Shown here one piece after another: positions 1 through 19,388 of a stretch of 64,000 bases of DNA (within the stretch, counting starts at the first letter, position 1; each line of letters begins with the position of its first letter). Below the pieces are notes generated by a model. The model searched no databases, had not been told where the DNA came from, and worked only from the letters and a program-made list of their open reading frames with translations. Both the position numbers and the translations under genes were made by a program. The DNA comes from the human T2T-CHM13v2.0 reference genome, Homo sapiens, in the NCBI RefSeq assembly GCF_009914755.1, contig NC_060944.1; one strand, given 5' to 3'.

Positions 1-72
1 CCTGACCTTGCGATCCTCCCACCTCAGCCTCCCAAAGTGCTGGGATTACAGGCATGAGCCACCGTACCCAGT
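1..72 (-). mobile_element. Alu 5' portion, cut by window edge
   Basis: cctcccaaagtgctgggattacaggcatgagccacc is the reverse complement of the Alu 5' end. Confidence 0.95.
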
Positions 73-99
73 GAGATTCTGTCTTAAAAAAAAAAAAGA

Positions 100-200
100 T
101 ATTACTGTGCTTGTCCCCATTTTAAAGGTGAGGAGACAGGCTCAGAGAGCTGAAGTAACTTATCTAGAGTCCCACAGCCAGGAAGTGGTAGAGCTACAAC
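100..200 (-). mobile_element. MIR fragment
   Basis: ccccattttaaaggtgaggagacaggctcagagag resembles the MIR core. Confidence 0.7.
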
Positions 201-299
201 CTCATCTGGTAATTATAAGTGTAAAGTGAGATTAGGCCTGCAGGAAACATGCTTTAACTGGTGCTTGTAATATAGCAAGCTTTCAAAAAATTAGATCTG

Positions 300-440
300 T
301 TTGCACGTGGTGGTGCATGCCTGCAGTCTCAGCTACACTGGAGGATTGCTTGAGCCCAGGGGTTTGAGGCTGCAATGCGCTATGATCACACTGGGCAACA
401 TGGCAAGACCCCATCTCTAAAAAAGTAAAAAGAAACAAAA
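300..440 (+). mobile_element. AluJ/FRAM right-arm fragment, internally deleted
   Basis: gaggattgcttgagcccagg...gctatgatcacactgggcaac followed by an A-rich tail. Confidence 0.8.
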
Positions 441-983
441 TAAATTATATCTGTTGCTATTACTAATTTGGAACATAAGCCATCAGAAATTAATAAATGA
501 ATGGGAACCTGAGCTGACCCTTCAAATCTTGACTTCATAGCATGTTTATTTAACTGACATCTTCAGGGGGGCAGCTACCATGTCAAAATGGTGTTTGTTG
601 TTCTGGGGAAGGTGATAGATTACGCAGAGTTTGCTTTCCTTGGTCTCTGGATTAATTGTCAGTTTTTTAAACAGGATTTTGACACGCTAAGATCTCCCAG
701 AAAGTATGCCATTAAACTGAAGAAGAAGAAAAACAAGAAACCTCATAGAGGTGAGACTAGAAGCTGAGTGTGTACATTTTACCACCGCAGTTTGCTGGTC
801 ACTTATGGTCAGTTGGTTCACATACAAACCACAACAAACACATGCATATAATGAAATAAATTGGCTTCTTGAACCGTTTTACTTTCTTTATAACTTAAAA
901 ATACATAAGTCGCATGTTGTTGGAGAAAGTGCAGATATAAACAACAGGAAATAGAAAAATAATCACCCATAATCCTACCTTGA

Positions 984-1291
<308 letters not shown>

Positions 1292-2073
1292 GAAATAACC
1301 ATCTTTAACCCACGCTGGGGATCTAGTTTTGTTTAAATATGGGTTTTGTTTTGTTTGTTTGTTTGTTTCCTCCACTGCAGGAATGGTTTCAATGGATCAC
1401 AATGTAAAGCATTTAAATAAATGATGGTAACTCACTGGAAACAGTGATGATCCGAGAGGCAGACTGAGAGATCTCCAGCCTCTATGTTGTATATTTCTGG
1501 ACTCTTTCACCAAAACTACTTTTTTTCACCAAGTCTAACTCTGTTTAAGATGAGAAAAAAACCTAATAAGGATCCATTTTTGAGTTAAAAATGTAATGAT
1601 TAGAATGAATTTGGAGCAAATATTTAAATTGCCAATATCAGTTCCAAATGTCTTTCTTTAATCGGCAGAGCAGTCCACATACACGTTTGAGTATGTATTT
1701 TCATGGACATCTGGAAAGACCTGTCATTAGCTAAGTATCCCCCAATGAGATGGAGCAGTCAGATGGTGTCCACGTGCCTCTAAAACAACTTGTCAATTCA
1801 ATAAGAAAAAAAAAAAAATCCCAATCCAACCATGCAGTCAATTTAGGGTCAAATTATCAGTCAACCATTTGTCATGTAATCCAAACAAATGGTCACCTAA
1901 GTAAATCTACATTTTAATTAGTTATGCTTATATCACATAGATACTGTCAGGCAAGACTTTCGGTAGCAAAACAAAAGACCATGAAATTTGCAAGGAGGTA
2001 TTTCCAATCGATCCTCCGTAAGACCCACTCAGGGGTGAACACACAGGTTTGTATTCATCTTAGGCCGTGATTA

Positions 2074-2600
<527 letters not shown>

Positions 2601-2649
2601 GATCTCTTGATGAGGTGCTCAGGTAAGAACTGCCCTGGTGTAAGGTCTC

Positions 2650-2820
2650 TTGAGTTGGGATCCCAGCTCTGCCATTTACTAGCTCTGTGTGGCTGGGCAA
2701 TTTACTCATCTTCTCTGGGCTTCAGTTTCTCTCTCTGTAAACTGGGGAGTATAATAGTATCCATCTCATAAGCTTATTGTGCACACTGGAGTAAGTCACC
2801 TACATAATGCCCTTAGAAGG
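2650..2820 (+). mobile_element. MIR fragment
   Basis: atcccagctctgccatttactagctctgtg...cttcagtttctctctctgtaaactgggg. Confidence 0.8.
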
Positions 2821-3369
2821 GTGTGATTTAAATCCAACAAGCTCAGAAAACCAAACTTTAAAAAACTACTTTGATAGCCAAAGCTCATCTGATCTGAACT
2901 CATTTGCTGGCAAAACTTGAGCTGAATCGGCACAAGAGAATTTCTATGAATATCCATAGTTTTTGCTGCAGAAATAGCAATGTGTTTGATGGTGCTATGT
3001 AGACCCATACTGATATATGGTATAAGCACTGTATTATCTTTCTAAGTGGAAACATGTTGAATTCCAAAATTCATGGCATTAATGAACATGTATTTCTCTT
3101 GCTATAAATATGACTTTTTTTCTTTAGTTGAGTTTCCAACTAATGATTTCATCTGATCCTCATGAGTCAGGTAAGGCAGGCATGATGACCTCCTGCTTAA
3201 TAAATGGAGATATTGAGGCACAGATTCCCAACTTGTCAGGCAACTTGTCCAGACTCCAAAACAAACAAGACTAACCCAGTTAAGGAACATGCCTATCAAC
3301 ACTGCAGGATCCCCAGGAATTAGTAGCAAGGGTATTGTCATCGGCTATTTAAAAAAAAAATAAATTAAA

Positions 3370-3888
<519 letters not shown>

Positions 3889-4009
3889 AATAAATTTAAA
3901 TCTTAGGGTTAAAATCAAGGTGGTAAGAGTCAGTGAAACACACTATAGACTCTATTTCCTCTCAGAGTCTTGGTAAAAATGAGTAGCAGCAGCGGTCATA
4001 ATGATCAAA

Positions 4010-4190
4010 GCCATTATTTACTGAGCACTTGCTGTGGGCCAGGCATGTGTGTGATCTCATTTAACAGAAGGTAGCTTCTATTATTATCCCCATTTTACAG
4101 AGGAGAAAACTGAGGCCCGGGCAGGTTAAGGAGGATACACAAGGCTGTAGAGTTAGTAAATGGCAGAGTGAGGATTTGAACCTGGTGCTA
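4010..4190 (-). mobile_element. MIR
   Basis: ttattatccccattttacagaggagaaaactgaggc...ggatttgaacct. Confidence 0.85.
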
Positions 4191-4309
4191 TCTGGCAAGG
4201 CAGAACCTCTGTCAACTAATTCTTTGCCTCCATAAGCTTCTCCGTATTCAGAGTTTTATCCTTTTTTGCTGAAATCACATTTCATTCCACTGACCTTTTC
4301 AAAGGCTTT

Positions 4310-4500
4310 TGTCTAAAAGGTTAGAAGTAATTCCACTTCTGGGAACTGATTCTCAGAAATATTCAGAGATATGAACACAGATTTATGTTCAAAGGTATTT
4401 AGCATGACATTATTTATAGTAGTCTAAAAAAAACAGTGTGAGAGAGATTAAATGGTGAACATTGTACATTTCTTATAAGAAAATATTATGTAATCATAAA
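4310..4500 (+). mobile_element. Old L1 (L1ME-like) 3' fragment
   Basis: aattccacttctgggaact...aaatggtgaacattgtacatt resembles L1M 3' sequence. Confidence 0.65.
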
Positions 4501-4514
4501 AACAGAATTGTTGA

Positions 4515-4800
4515 GGCCTGGCATGGTGGCTCACACCTGCAATCCCAGCACTGTGGGAGGCTGAGGTGAGATCGCTTGAGGCCAGGAGTTTGGGCAACAT
4601 AGCAAGACTTGGTTTCTACAAAAAATAAAAATAAAAAATTAGCCAGGCATGGTGGCAAGCACCTGTAGTTCTAGCTACTCAGGAGGCTGAGGTGGGAGGA
4701 TTGCCTGAGGCCAGGAGTTCGAGGCTTCAGTGAGCTGTGATCGTGCTACTGCACTCTAGCCTGGGCAACAGAGAACGGCCCTGTCTCTAAAAATAAATAA
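4515..4800 (+). mobile_element. AluJ
   Basis: J-type diagnostics; TSD aaa(c/t)agaattgtt at 4500-4512 and 4896-4908 encloses the Alu plus the tail insert. Confidence 0.9.
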
Positions 4801-4803
4801 ATA

Positions 4804-4895
4804 GGCTACTCAGGGCACACTGCCCATAGGGTAGCCCTGCTCTTTTACTCTTAATTTTTAAGGAGCAGTTAAATATAAATAAATAAATAAAAAAT
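4804..4895 (+). mobile_element. Short structured A-tailed insert resembling an ERV1 LTR R-region (MER41/LTR26-like), inside an Alu tail
   Basis: ggctactcagggcacactgcccatagggtagccctgctc...aaggagcagt plus an A-rich tail; two stem-loops; no other LTR sequence nearby. Confidence 0.6.
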
Positions 4896-4970
4896 AAATA
4901 GAATTGTTAAATAGCTTAGTATTCTAAGGAGATGTTCATAATATATGGTGAGCTTTTAAAAAGGGATACA

Positions 4971-5665
<695 letters not shown>

Positions 5666-5699
5666 GCAATTCAGTCTTTTAGCAAGAATGGTTGCTTGA

Positions 5700-6105
<406 letters not shown>

Positions 6106-6129
6106 ATATAACAAACAAACCAAACACCT

Positions 6130-6570
6130 CTTGTGGCTACATTGGGCCCACTCAAATAACCCAGGATATCTCATTCAGTTGATTAGCAATCTTAATCCCA
6201 TCTGCAACCTCAATCCCGCCTTGCTGTGTAACATAACCTTGTCCCAGGTTCCTTATACATGGGAGAGGAAGGCAGGGGAGTCCGTGTCAGAGGGATGCGG
6301 CCTGAGAGACTCCACCGTCATTGTTGGCCCTGAAGGTGGACAGGGCGATGAGCCGGGGCAGGCAGGCAGCCTCTAACAGCCGGAAAAGGGAACGAAAGGA
6401 ATTCTCCACTACAGCCTCCACAAGGGACCGTCCTGCCAACGCCTTGATTGCAGTCCGTGAGACCCCTTTGGACTTTTGATCTCCAGAACTGGTAAGATAA
6501 TAAATTTATGGTGTTGGAAGCCACCTGTCTGTGGTAATTTGTTACAAAAGCAACAGGAAGCAGATACAGC
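6130..6570. mobile_element. MLT1 (MaLR LTR) fragments in opposite orientations (- ~6130-6255; + ~6280-6570, MLT1D-like)
   Basis: tacattgggcccactcaaataacccagg; gatctccagaactggtaagataataaatttatgg...tttgttacaaaagcaacaggaa. Confidence 0.8.
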
Positions 6571-6669
6571 TCTGGCGAATTCAGGAAGTGAGTAATGGTA
6601 GAGAGTGGGGAAATCAGGAAAAACGTCAACAAAGTCAAATTAATTATTCGGTGGAATATGGGACTGTAA

Positions 6670-7290
6670 TTCCATTCATTCATTCAAGCATTAATTCATT
6701 CAACAAATACTTATTGGGACACTAGGCCTGGTGCAGTGGCTCATGCCGGTAATCCCGGCACCTTGGGAGGCAGAAGGGGGTGGATCACCTGAGGTCAGGA
6801 GTTAGAGACCAGCCTGGCTAACATGGTGAAACCCTGCCTCTACTAAAAATACAAAAATTCACACACACCTGTAATGTGATGGCACACGCCTGTAATCCCA
6901 GGTACTGGTGAGGCTGAGGCAGGAGAATCGCTTGAACCCAGGAAGCAGAGGTTTCAGTGAGCCAAGATTGCGCCACTGCCCTCCAGCCTGGGTGACAGAG
7001 TGAGACTCTGTCTCAAAAAACAAACGAACAACAACAAAAAAACCTCCAAAAAACCAAAATACTTATTGGGACACTTAACTTTGTGCAAAGACTTCAGCTA
7101 GGTTTCTGGGATCTGATGGTGAAGGGGACAGGCTAGCCTGATCCCATCCCCACGGTGCCTAGAGTCCCGTGTGGGAGGAAGACAGTTGAAGAGTTAACCA
7201 GGGGATTAGTAAAAGGTGATGAGGTGATGAGGGGGAGTGGGGGGGAGGGGGTCTCCTGAGGAAGTGATAATGATGCCCAGATCTGGAAGA
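6670..7290 (-). mobile_element. L2 relic interrupted by an AluSx-like element (+, ~6725-7050)
   Basis: cattcattcattca...caaatacttattg; TSD aaatacttattgggacact on both sides of the Alu. Confidence 0.75.
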
Positions 7291-7440
7291 CGGCTGTGCT
7301 GGCCAGGGAGAGGGTAGGGCAGGATTACAGGAAGTGGGGGCCTGCAGGGAGAGGACAGCAGGGGGTACTCTGAGGGCCTGGGTTATATTCCTTCACCCTC
7401 TATCTGGGGCTCGGAGCATAGTGGGTCCTCAGGGGAATTA

Positions 7441-8322
<882 letters not shown>

Positions 8323-8580
8323 GGAAGAAAGAAAAGGCAGGAAGGGAGGAAGGGAGGAAGGGAATAAGGGGGGAAAAGACACATTTAACCTAACTAAGGA
8401 AGAACTGGATACATGTTGCTAACATCTGATACACACTCCATCTCCATCTATGTTGACCAAACAGACTTTTACCCCAGTTTTGAGAGCTCCAAGTCTCCAG
8501 GATAAGCTGTCCCCACCCACAATCTGTGAGCCTGGGCCTTAAGGGAAGATGCTCACTGCACCTTTCTCACCTTCCCATGA

Positions 8581-9240
<660 letters not shown>

Positions 9241-9283
9241 AATTCAATTTAAACACAAAATTTCCTGGTTTGCCTAATCCAAA

Positions 9284-9620
<337 letters not shown>

Positions 9621-9634
9621 TGAGTTAACATAGC

Positions 9635-9955
9635 ATTCATTCATTCAGTCAGTCGTTCACGCCACAAATATTTATTGAGCATCAACTATGTGCCACACAT
9701 AGTTCTAAGTAGCAGAGAAACAATAGACAACAGTCTCCCACTCTTCTGCTGCCTTTTGGTACTGACAGGACCCTTGTGATTACATTGGGCCCACTCAGAA
9801 CATCCAAGATAATCCCTATATTTTAAGGTCAGCTGATTAACAACCTTAATTCTATTTGCTTCCTTAATTTCCCTTTGCCACGTAATATAACATATTTATA
9901 GTTGCCAGTGATTAGGATGTACACAATCTCTAGGGGGCCACTATTCTGTCTACCC
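9635..9955 (-). mobile_element. L2 3' end (~9635-9740) followed by an MLT1 fragment (~9765-9955)
   Basis: cattcattcattc...atttattgagcatcaactatgtgcc; ggacccttgtgattacattgggcccact. Confidence 0.8.
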
Positions 9956-11473
9956 CACTCGCTATTTTGATAGCCTATAGACACAGCTGTGTCTCCACAT
10001 CCCATAATTGTGGATTCTTTACAGATATTATTTTATGTAGTCTCATAAGGATCCTAAAACGTGTATGCCATGATCTCAACTTTGCATATGAAGAGCATGA
10101 GGCTCAGAGAAGTAAACTGAGTTTCCCAGGATCACACAGATACAGTGTCAGGGTTGGGGATTAAGCCCAAGTCTGTGGGGCCCCAAAGTCTGTGAGTTTC
10201 CAGCAGGCTAAGCTTGGCTACGTCATGTTTGCAGAATGATCTCTTCCATGTACTGGCTGCACTAGAACAGACAGACACCTCAGTTAATTCAATGGCTCAG
10301 CCACGTGGACTTAACTTGTGGAGAAAAGTATAAAGGCAGGGCAACCCTCTGGAGACCTCAGTTCAAATCCCACCTCAGGGAAATGACATCAGCTCTTTGG
10401 GCCTCAGCCAGCTTCTCATGGGGATGCTAAATCATCCAGGAAAGCTCTGAGTCATTTGTACAAGAAAGATTTTAAGCTCCTCTATGTGCCAGACTCCATT
10501 CTAGAAATTTCCACAACGCTCCATAAAAGCAGGATAAAAATCACTCCTTTTTATTTGAACCATGCAGATAATTTTGCCATCAAGTTATGTTCATGATAAA
10601 AACCATGGCCAAAGCTACCACGGCTTTACTGTGTGCCAGGGACCCAGCTCTGGGCTTTGCAAATATGGACAGTTCTGAATCACGATTCACTCTAATAGCT
10701 GGACTTCAAAAGAAACAGCAAACTTCATTCCCCTTATTCAAGTGTGGATATTCCCTTAATGAAATCCCAAATTAAGATCCAAATAGCTGGTGATCATAAG
10801 AAGAACCACCATCCTTACTGTGGGGCGAGAGGTTTCTGGCGGGACACTAATTCTCCTCATTTCCCTTCCTGGAGTTAAGCCTTTGATCTTTCAGTTCACA
10901 GATGACAGGGCTGCCTACCAATCACCAGGAATTGCTGAAGTGCCTTTCTGTCTTGCTGAGTACGAAGGTGTGCAGACACTCAGAGCCGCCTTGCTCACGA
11001 TCCGATTTTATGAGCATTGAACTGTGGGTTTGGAAGCAGATTGATCTGCTTTTTTGAAGTCAAAGCTGTTTGCCTTTGCTGTGTACTCATTGGAAAGGGA
11101 GAAAGGGAGCTAGGAATGTTGATAATTGAGTGTTTTTTTCTGGGGAATGACTCCTGCCTAAAATCTAGGAAGCCCCTCCTTGTGCGAGGAAGTCATTGCT
11201 GGGACTCACCATTTGGTGTGTGGGTTGCTTCTCAGGATGAATTTTATGACAACAACAACAGTAACAACAACTGATTTTTAGAAGTTTGGGGAACTTGATA
11301 ACTAAGTGAAGATGAGAGGAAAAAGCTGAGATTTGTGTCCAGCAAATAGCTTTTCCGTGATTTTTGGAAAACAATCTCAGTCTTTTAGTCTAGCCTCTAC
11401 ATTTGGTGGTGATGGGAGGGACAGCTAGCATGAAAAGCTATTAACTCAAGAGCACTTAGAAAATGAATTTTAA

Positions 11474-12280
<807 letters not shown>

Positions 12281-12941
12281 TTAGTTGACTTCTTAGTTCT
12301 TCAATATCCCCATCTGTAGAACAAAGATATTCAGAATACTTATTGGCTGATGATGAGGACTAAACTAGTTAATGTGCAGACAGCGTTTAGAACAAGGCTG
12401 GCACAGAGTAAGTTCTCAATACTCTTTGCTATTATATATTATTACAACTCGATATTAGAAATGAACATAAAAAAAGACTAAAGTTGATCTATATGTGCTG
12501 AAATGTTCGTATTTATGGTTAAGGAAAAAACCCAATAAATGGCAGAATATGTTGAATATGGTTGATCACATTTGTGCTTTTCAAGCAAGGCTGTGCCTGT
12601 GACTTGTATTTACTATGTAGGTTTATTTGTATATAGAACATTTCAGGAAGGATACACAAAAATTGGTGGTTATAAAGGAATTTCTGTCTAGACTCTAGAG
12701 AGTTAATGTTAAAACACAGCAATCTGTCTACATTCTTTCAAAAGACATCTGTCGACTGCCAACAATTCTAATTTATGGTTTATGGCACATATAGAAATGG
12801 AGCAATTTGAGTCACAACTGTCTAATATGGCTTTGTTTGAAACTAGTGGGTACGATTAATCTATGATTTGAACTAGTGACAAAAAGCACTCATAATATAT
12901 GTTTTAAGAAAAAAGCCATATGGCTCTGCTGGCCGAAAACC

Positions 12942-13250
12942 TTTTTTATTTTTTTTTGGAGACAGAGTCTCGCTCTGTCGCCCAGGCTGGAGTGCAGTAG
13001 CAGTGTCGGCTCACTGCAATCTCCGCCTCCTGGGTTTAAGTAATTCTTGTGCTTCAGCCTGTCGAGTAGCTGGGACTACAGGCATGTGTCACCGTGCCCA
13101 GCTAATTTTTTATTTCTATTTTTTGTATTTTAGTAGAGATGGGATTTCACCATGTTGCCCAGGCTGGTCTCCTACACCTGAGCTCAGGCAATCTGCTCAC
13201 CTCTTCCTCCCAAAGTGTTGGGATTACAGGCGTGAGCCACCTTACCCGAT
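12942..13250 (-). mobile_element. AluSz-like
   Basis: Full dimer; cctgagctcaggcaatc. Confidence 0.9.
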
Positions 13251-13254
13251 TGGA

Positions 13255-14500
13255 AAACCATTAATTTTGAAAATGATTGCTATCAATAAAGTGTCGCTTT
13301 TTGGAATAAAAAGCTATGAAACCTCCTGGCTTCGTTTTAAATTATCTTCGGAGTCAAATACTAGAAACAAATTAATGGCAGAAATTCAGGGAAATATTTT
13401 GGCATCAGATTCTATAGGATTAATTAAAAGTTGATATCAGGCAGTTATTGCTTAAATGTCATTTTTTATGCAAACAACATAATTGCAAAAATGAGCAGAG
13501 CCTTATGTTTGATTTTCTCTGCACATACTGTCATTCAGGTTCATACTTGTCGAGCATTCATCCATGCTTACTAAATATTTTTTAATTGTGTAAAACCTGG
13601 GTCATTTTACAGATCTGTTTCTGGGTCTGAGTGGTTAGTATGTCGCCATAGATCTTTCTCTCCCTGACCAAATTCTGCTACTTTTCTGAAATGTCTTTTA
13701 AATGTTGTTCATTGCAAGGTTATTATCTTTAATGAAAAAATGCCTGCTGAGCGGACTACAAACCATTTGGTTCCCTCCTGTCAGGGGAGGAAAAGAATAA
13801 CATTGAACAAGGCTGAAGGTTTTTATTATCACATCGTAAATGAGCAAATGGCATCTGTCAATACAAAGTGACTCAGAGGTGCATGGAAAAAGAAGTTGTA
13901 TGGGGAGGCTGTCGAGTGACAACACGGATTTTTATTAACCTCCTGGTCCAGCATCTCTTTTCCTATTTTATTTTGCCTCATTCACTTTGCAACATAATAA
14001 CGCTATAAAAACACTCAAACAGGAAGCTGATCACCATTAAAAACTGCAGGACCGCCTTGCTACTGAGCAACAGCAAAGAGTTTGGATCATAGACTATCTT
14101 CAGGGTTTTATACTTAAGTGTGCCGACGTGGGTGTATTTTCACATGCAGCCCCTGCCTGCTTTGGGTCTTTTTGAGAAGATATTTCTTTCCAAGAATAAC
14201 ACAGCCTGTTTGCCTAAGTGTTAATTCTCACAAAGTTTTCATATTTGGGTCATAAACATCCTTCACGACACTGGTAAAATGGCCAAGGTGTTTATGGGCT
14301 GCAAGAAATGTTTATGCCAATGCATAAAGGCAGAAATGGAACCGTTCACATCAGACCTGAAATGAGCTGCCCTGGAGTGGGGGAAGGGGAGCCAGAAGCC
14401 CACCCCCTACCCCCAACGACCCCCCAATGATTTCGCTGGAAGTTGTTAAGGTGGATGTCTCATAAAAATGTTTTGTAAATGTTAACAGCGATTCAAGCTT
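13255..14500. promoter_or_regulatory. Candidate enhancer (repeat-poor island with FOX/HOX-type motif cluster)
   Basis: No recognisable repeats; TGTTTATG/CATAAACA three times at 14251-14316; CTCATAAAA at 14459; TCGTAAA near 13834. Confidence 0.4.
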
Positions 14501-14834
14501 AAGCAGGTGTGGGGGCAGTGAACCCTGGGAGGACAATGGGAAGAGGGACCGGAAGTCCTGCCCACTCTGAGGGGAAGCAAGTGCTTTCCCTTATGCCCAG
14601 GGCAGGGCATGGAGGAGGCCTGGGCACAGAGTGCCAGAAAATGCCAAGGCTCAAGTTCTGAAATTCTGACAGTTGGGGCCCACCACGTTGTTCAATGAAA
14701 TTTAAAGGCTGGGTATGAATTGGGTGATGACTTCCATGAGAAGTCAATAGCTACAGTGCAGATGTTTTAGTGTCCTAAAGACAGTGACAATATGGTAGAT
14801 CTAAATATGTTTTGACACAGAAAGATTTCCACAA

Positions 14835-15428
<594 letters not shown>

Positions 15429-15633
15429 ATTTCCAGCTTAGAAGATCCTTTATTGTTGTTTTAAAAAATAGCATCTACACAGAGAAAATAACCTGGGGAA
15501 AACAGCCCAAACATCACAATGGGTTTGAATGTTCTCTACTTTGTATTTCTGTGTTAATTGTTTTTTTTTTAGAGGTTATGTAGAGATAAAATGTCATAGA
15601 TCTATGTGTAAGGACATTAAAAAACAAAAGTGC

Positions 15634-15979
<346 letters not shown>

Positions 15980-16345
15980 TCATTGTCTGTTGCCTGGTTT
16001 TGATAATGTCACTGTGGAGAGCAGCTGGGTGATGAGTAAATAGGACTTACTGTACTATTTTTACATTTCTGTGATCTAAAAATTACTTCAAAATAAAAAG
16101 TTACAATAGGGCATCTATTAGTTTGTAAGTGAAATAATAAAGAAAAACAAAGTAAAGTGAGTCATAAAATAGATGCCCACAACATATTGTTGAAATTTAA
16201 AGATGCAGATGGCAGAGCAGAATGCCTACACAAAACATACCCAGCAAAATGGTGCACAAATATGCTCAGAGAAGTGTATGGTTGGAGGTTGCCAAATCTA
16301 ATAGTGGTGATCAGTAGACGGAAGTGTCCACTTTTTGGGGGTAAC

Positions 16346-17346
<1,001 letters not shown>

Positions 17347-17668
17347 TAATTTCTTTTTTAAAGAAATTATGACTATACAAATGCATAGTCAGCTTTTTAA
17401 AAAAATTAATTACATGTATAAATACGTGTGTATGTGTATAGTTAAACCTCCGAATAGCACAAAGTGTGTCCAATAACAAATACTGTTAAACACATCAGCT
17501 AGTTTCTTTTTAATAAAGGGAAATGTCATCATTAATAAACTGGAAATCTCTTTGGCAGCTCTTCCAAATTCTACTTTCCATCTTCCCTCTTCAGAGACAA
17601 CCATTATCAAGACGGTATGTGTACCTTTCAATCTGTTCCTTATATTTTATCATGCATATAAGAATTCA

Positions 17669-17986
<318 letters not shown>

Positions 17987-18101
17987 TCATACTTTTTTTT
18001 AATTGTATGATTGGTATTTTACATATCGTTCTTCAACTTGCTTTCCAAATTTGCCATTATATTTTTGGGATCTATTCATGTTGATTCATACATCTCCTGT
18101 T

Positions 18102-18409
18102 CAGAGCTGTTTTTCTATAAAGGGCCAGAGTAAATATTTTGGGCTTTGTGAGCCATAGGGTCCCTGTTCACTCTGCCACACCCTAATGCTATAGCTGAGA
18201 GGTAGTCATAGCAGTACGTAAATGAATGATGTGGCTGTGTTCCAGTAAAATTGAACACTAAAATTTGATTTTCATAGAATTTTACATATTATGAATATTC
18301 TTCTTTCGTCCTTTTAAAATTATTCAAAAATGTAAACATCATTCTTAGCCCATGAGCTGTACAAAATCAGGCAATGGGTCACTTTTGGCTCACTGTTTGC
18401 TGACCCCTG
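18102..18409 (+). mobile_element. MER58B-like hAT element within an antisense L1ME relic
   Basis: tttttctataaagggccagagtaaatattttgggctttg...tttgctgacccctg. Confidence 0.8.
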
Positions 18410-19196
18410 CTCTAGTGCATTAATCTGAACAGCTGTAGAGGGTTCCACTATGTCTATACCCATTTCATGTGTCCATTCCCCTACAGAGAGATATTTAGGT
18501 TGTTTCCTTTTTTATTGCTGTTGCGAAATGGAGCCCTTAAGCAAGTCTTCTTATATCATGTGTCCTATTTAATAGAAACAATAAATGCATTTCATGAATG
18601 AGTGAAAAGGCAATATTGCGTCAATACCATCTGTGACCTTTTGAAAAATAGATGCTTGCCAAAGATGCCTATGGAAGAATTGGCACAAGAATTAATGCTT
18701 TTAAAAAGCTCCAGATGAATTAAATTATTGCCCACAGTACTTACATTTTCTTCCTCTCTAGCAAGTGTTTAGGGGCTCAATTTAATGAGATTTGGGTGCG
18801 GTAGGAGTGCTGGCTCTGAGCCGGTGCCAGCAGTAGATGGCGGTTGATCATAGTGCTAAGTGCTTTAAATCCAAGTCTCACCACAGCCCTGTAGAATCAG
18901 GGCTGTTTTTTAGCCCCATTTTTCAGATGAGCAAGATCGACGGGCAGGAGTAGAAGTCTCAGTGGCTAAGTATGGCAGGAAAGAGAAACGGGATACAGAA
19001 GTTTACAACGCCTGGTAGAGCAAGAGGCTCTCATGAAATTATACGGACTGTGGTCGGTTGAATAATGGTCCCCAAAGATATCCGTGCCCTAGTCGCTGAA
19101 ACCTGTGAATATTTTACACAGTCAAAGGGACTTTGCAGATACGATTAAAGCTTTTTTTTTTTTTTTTTTGAGATGGACTCTCTCTCTGTCGCCTAG

Positions 19197-19388
<192 letters not shown>

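Noticed and set aside
2815-3085. Possible Tigger-type DNA transposon relic
   Set aside because: The resemblance is too weak to assign a family or boundaries by eye.
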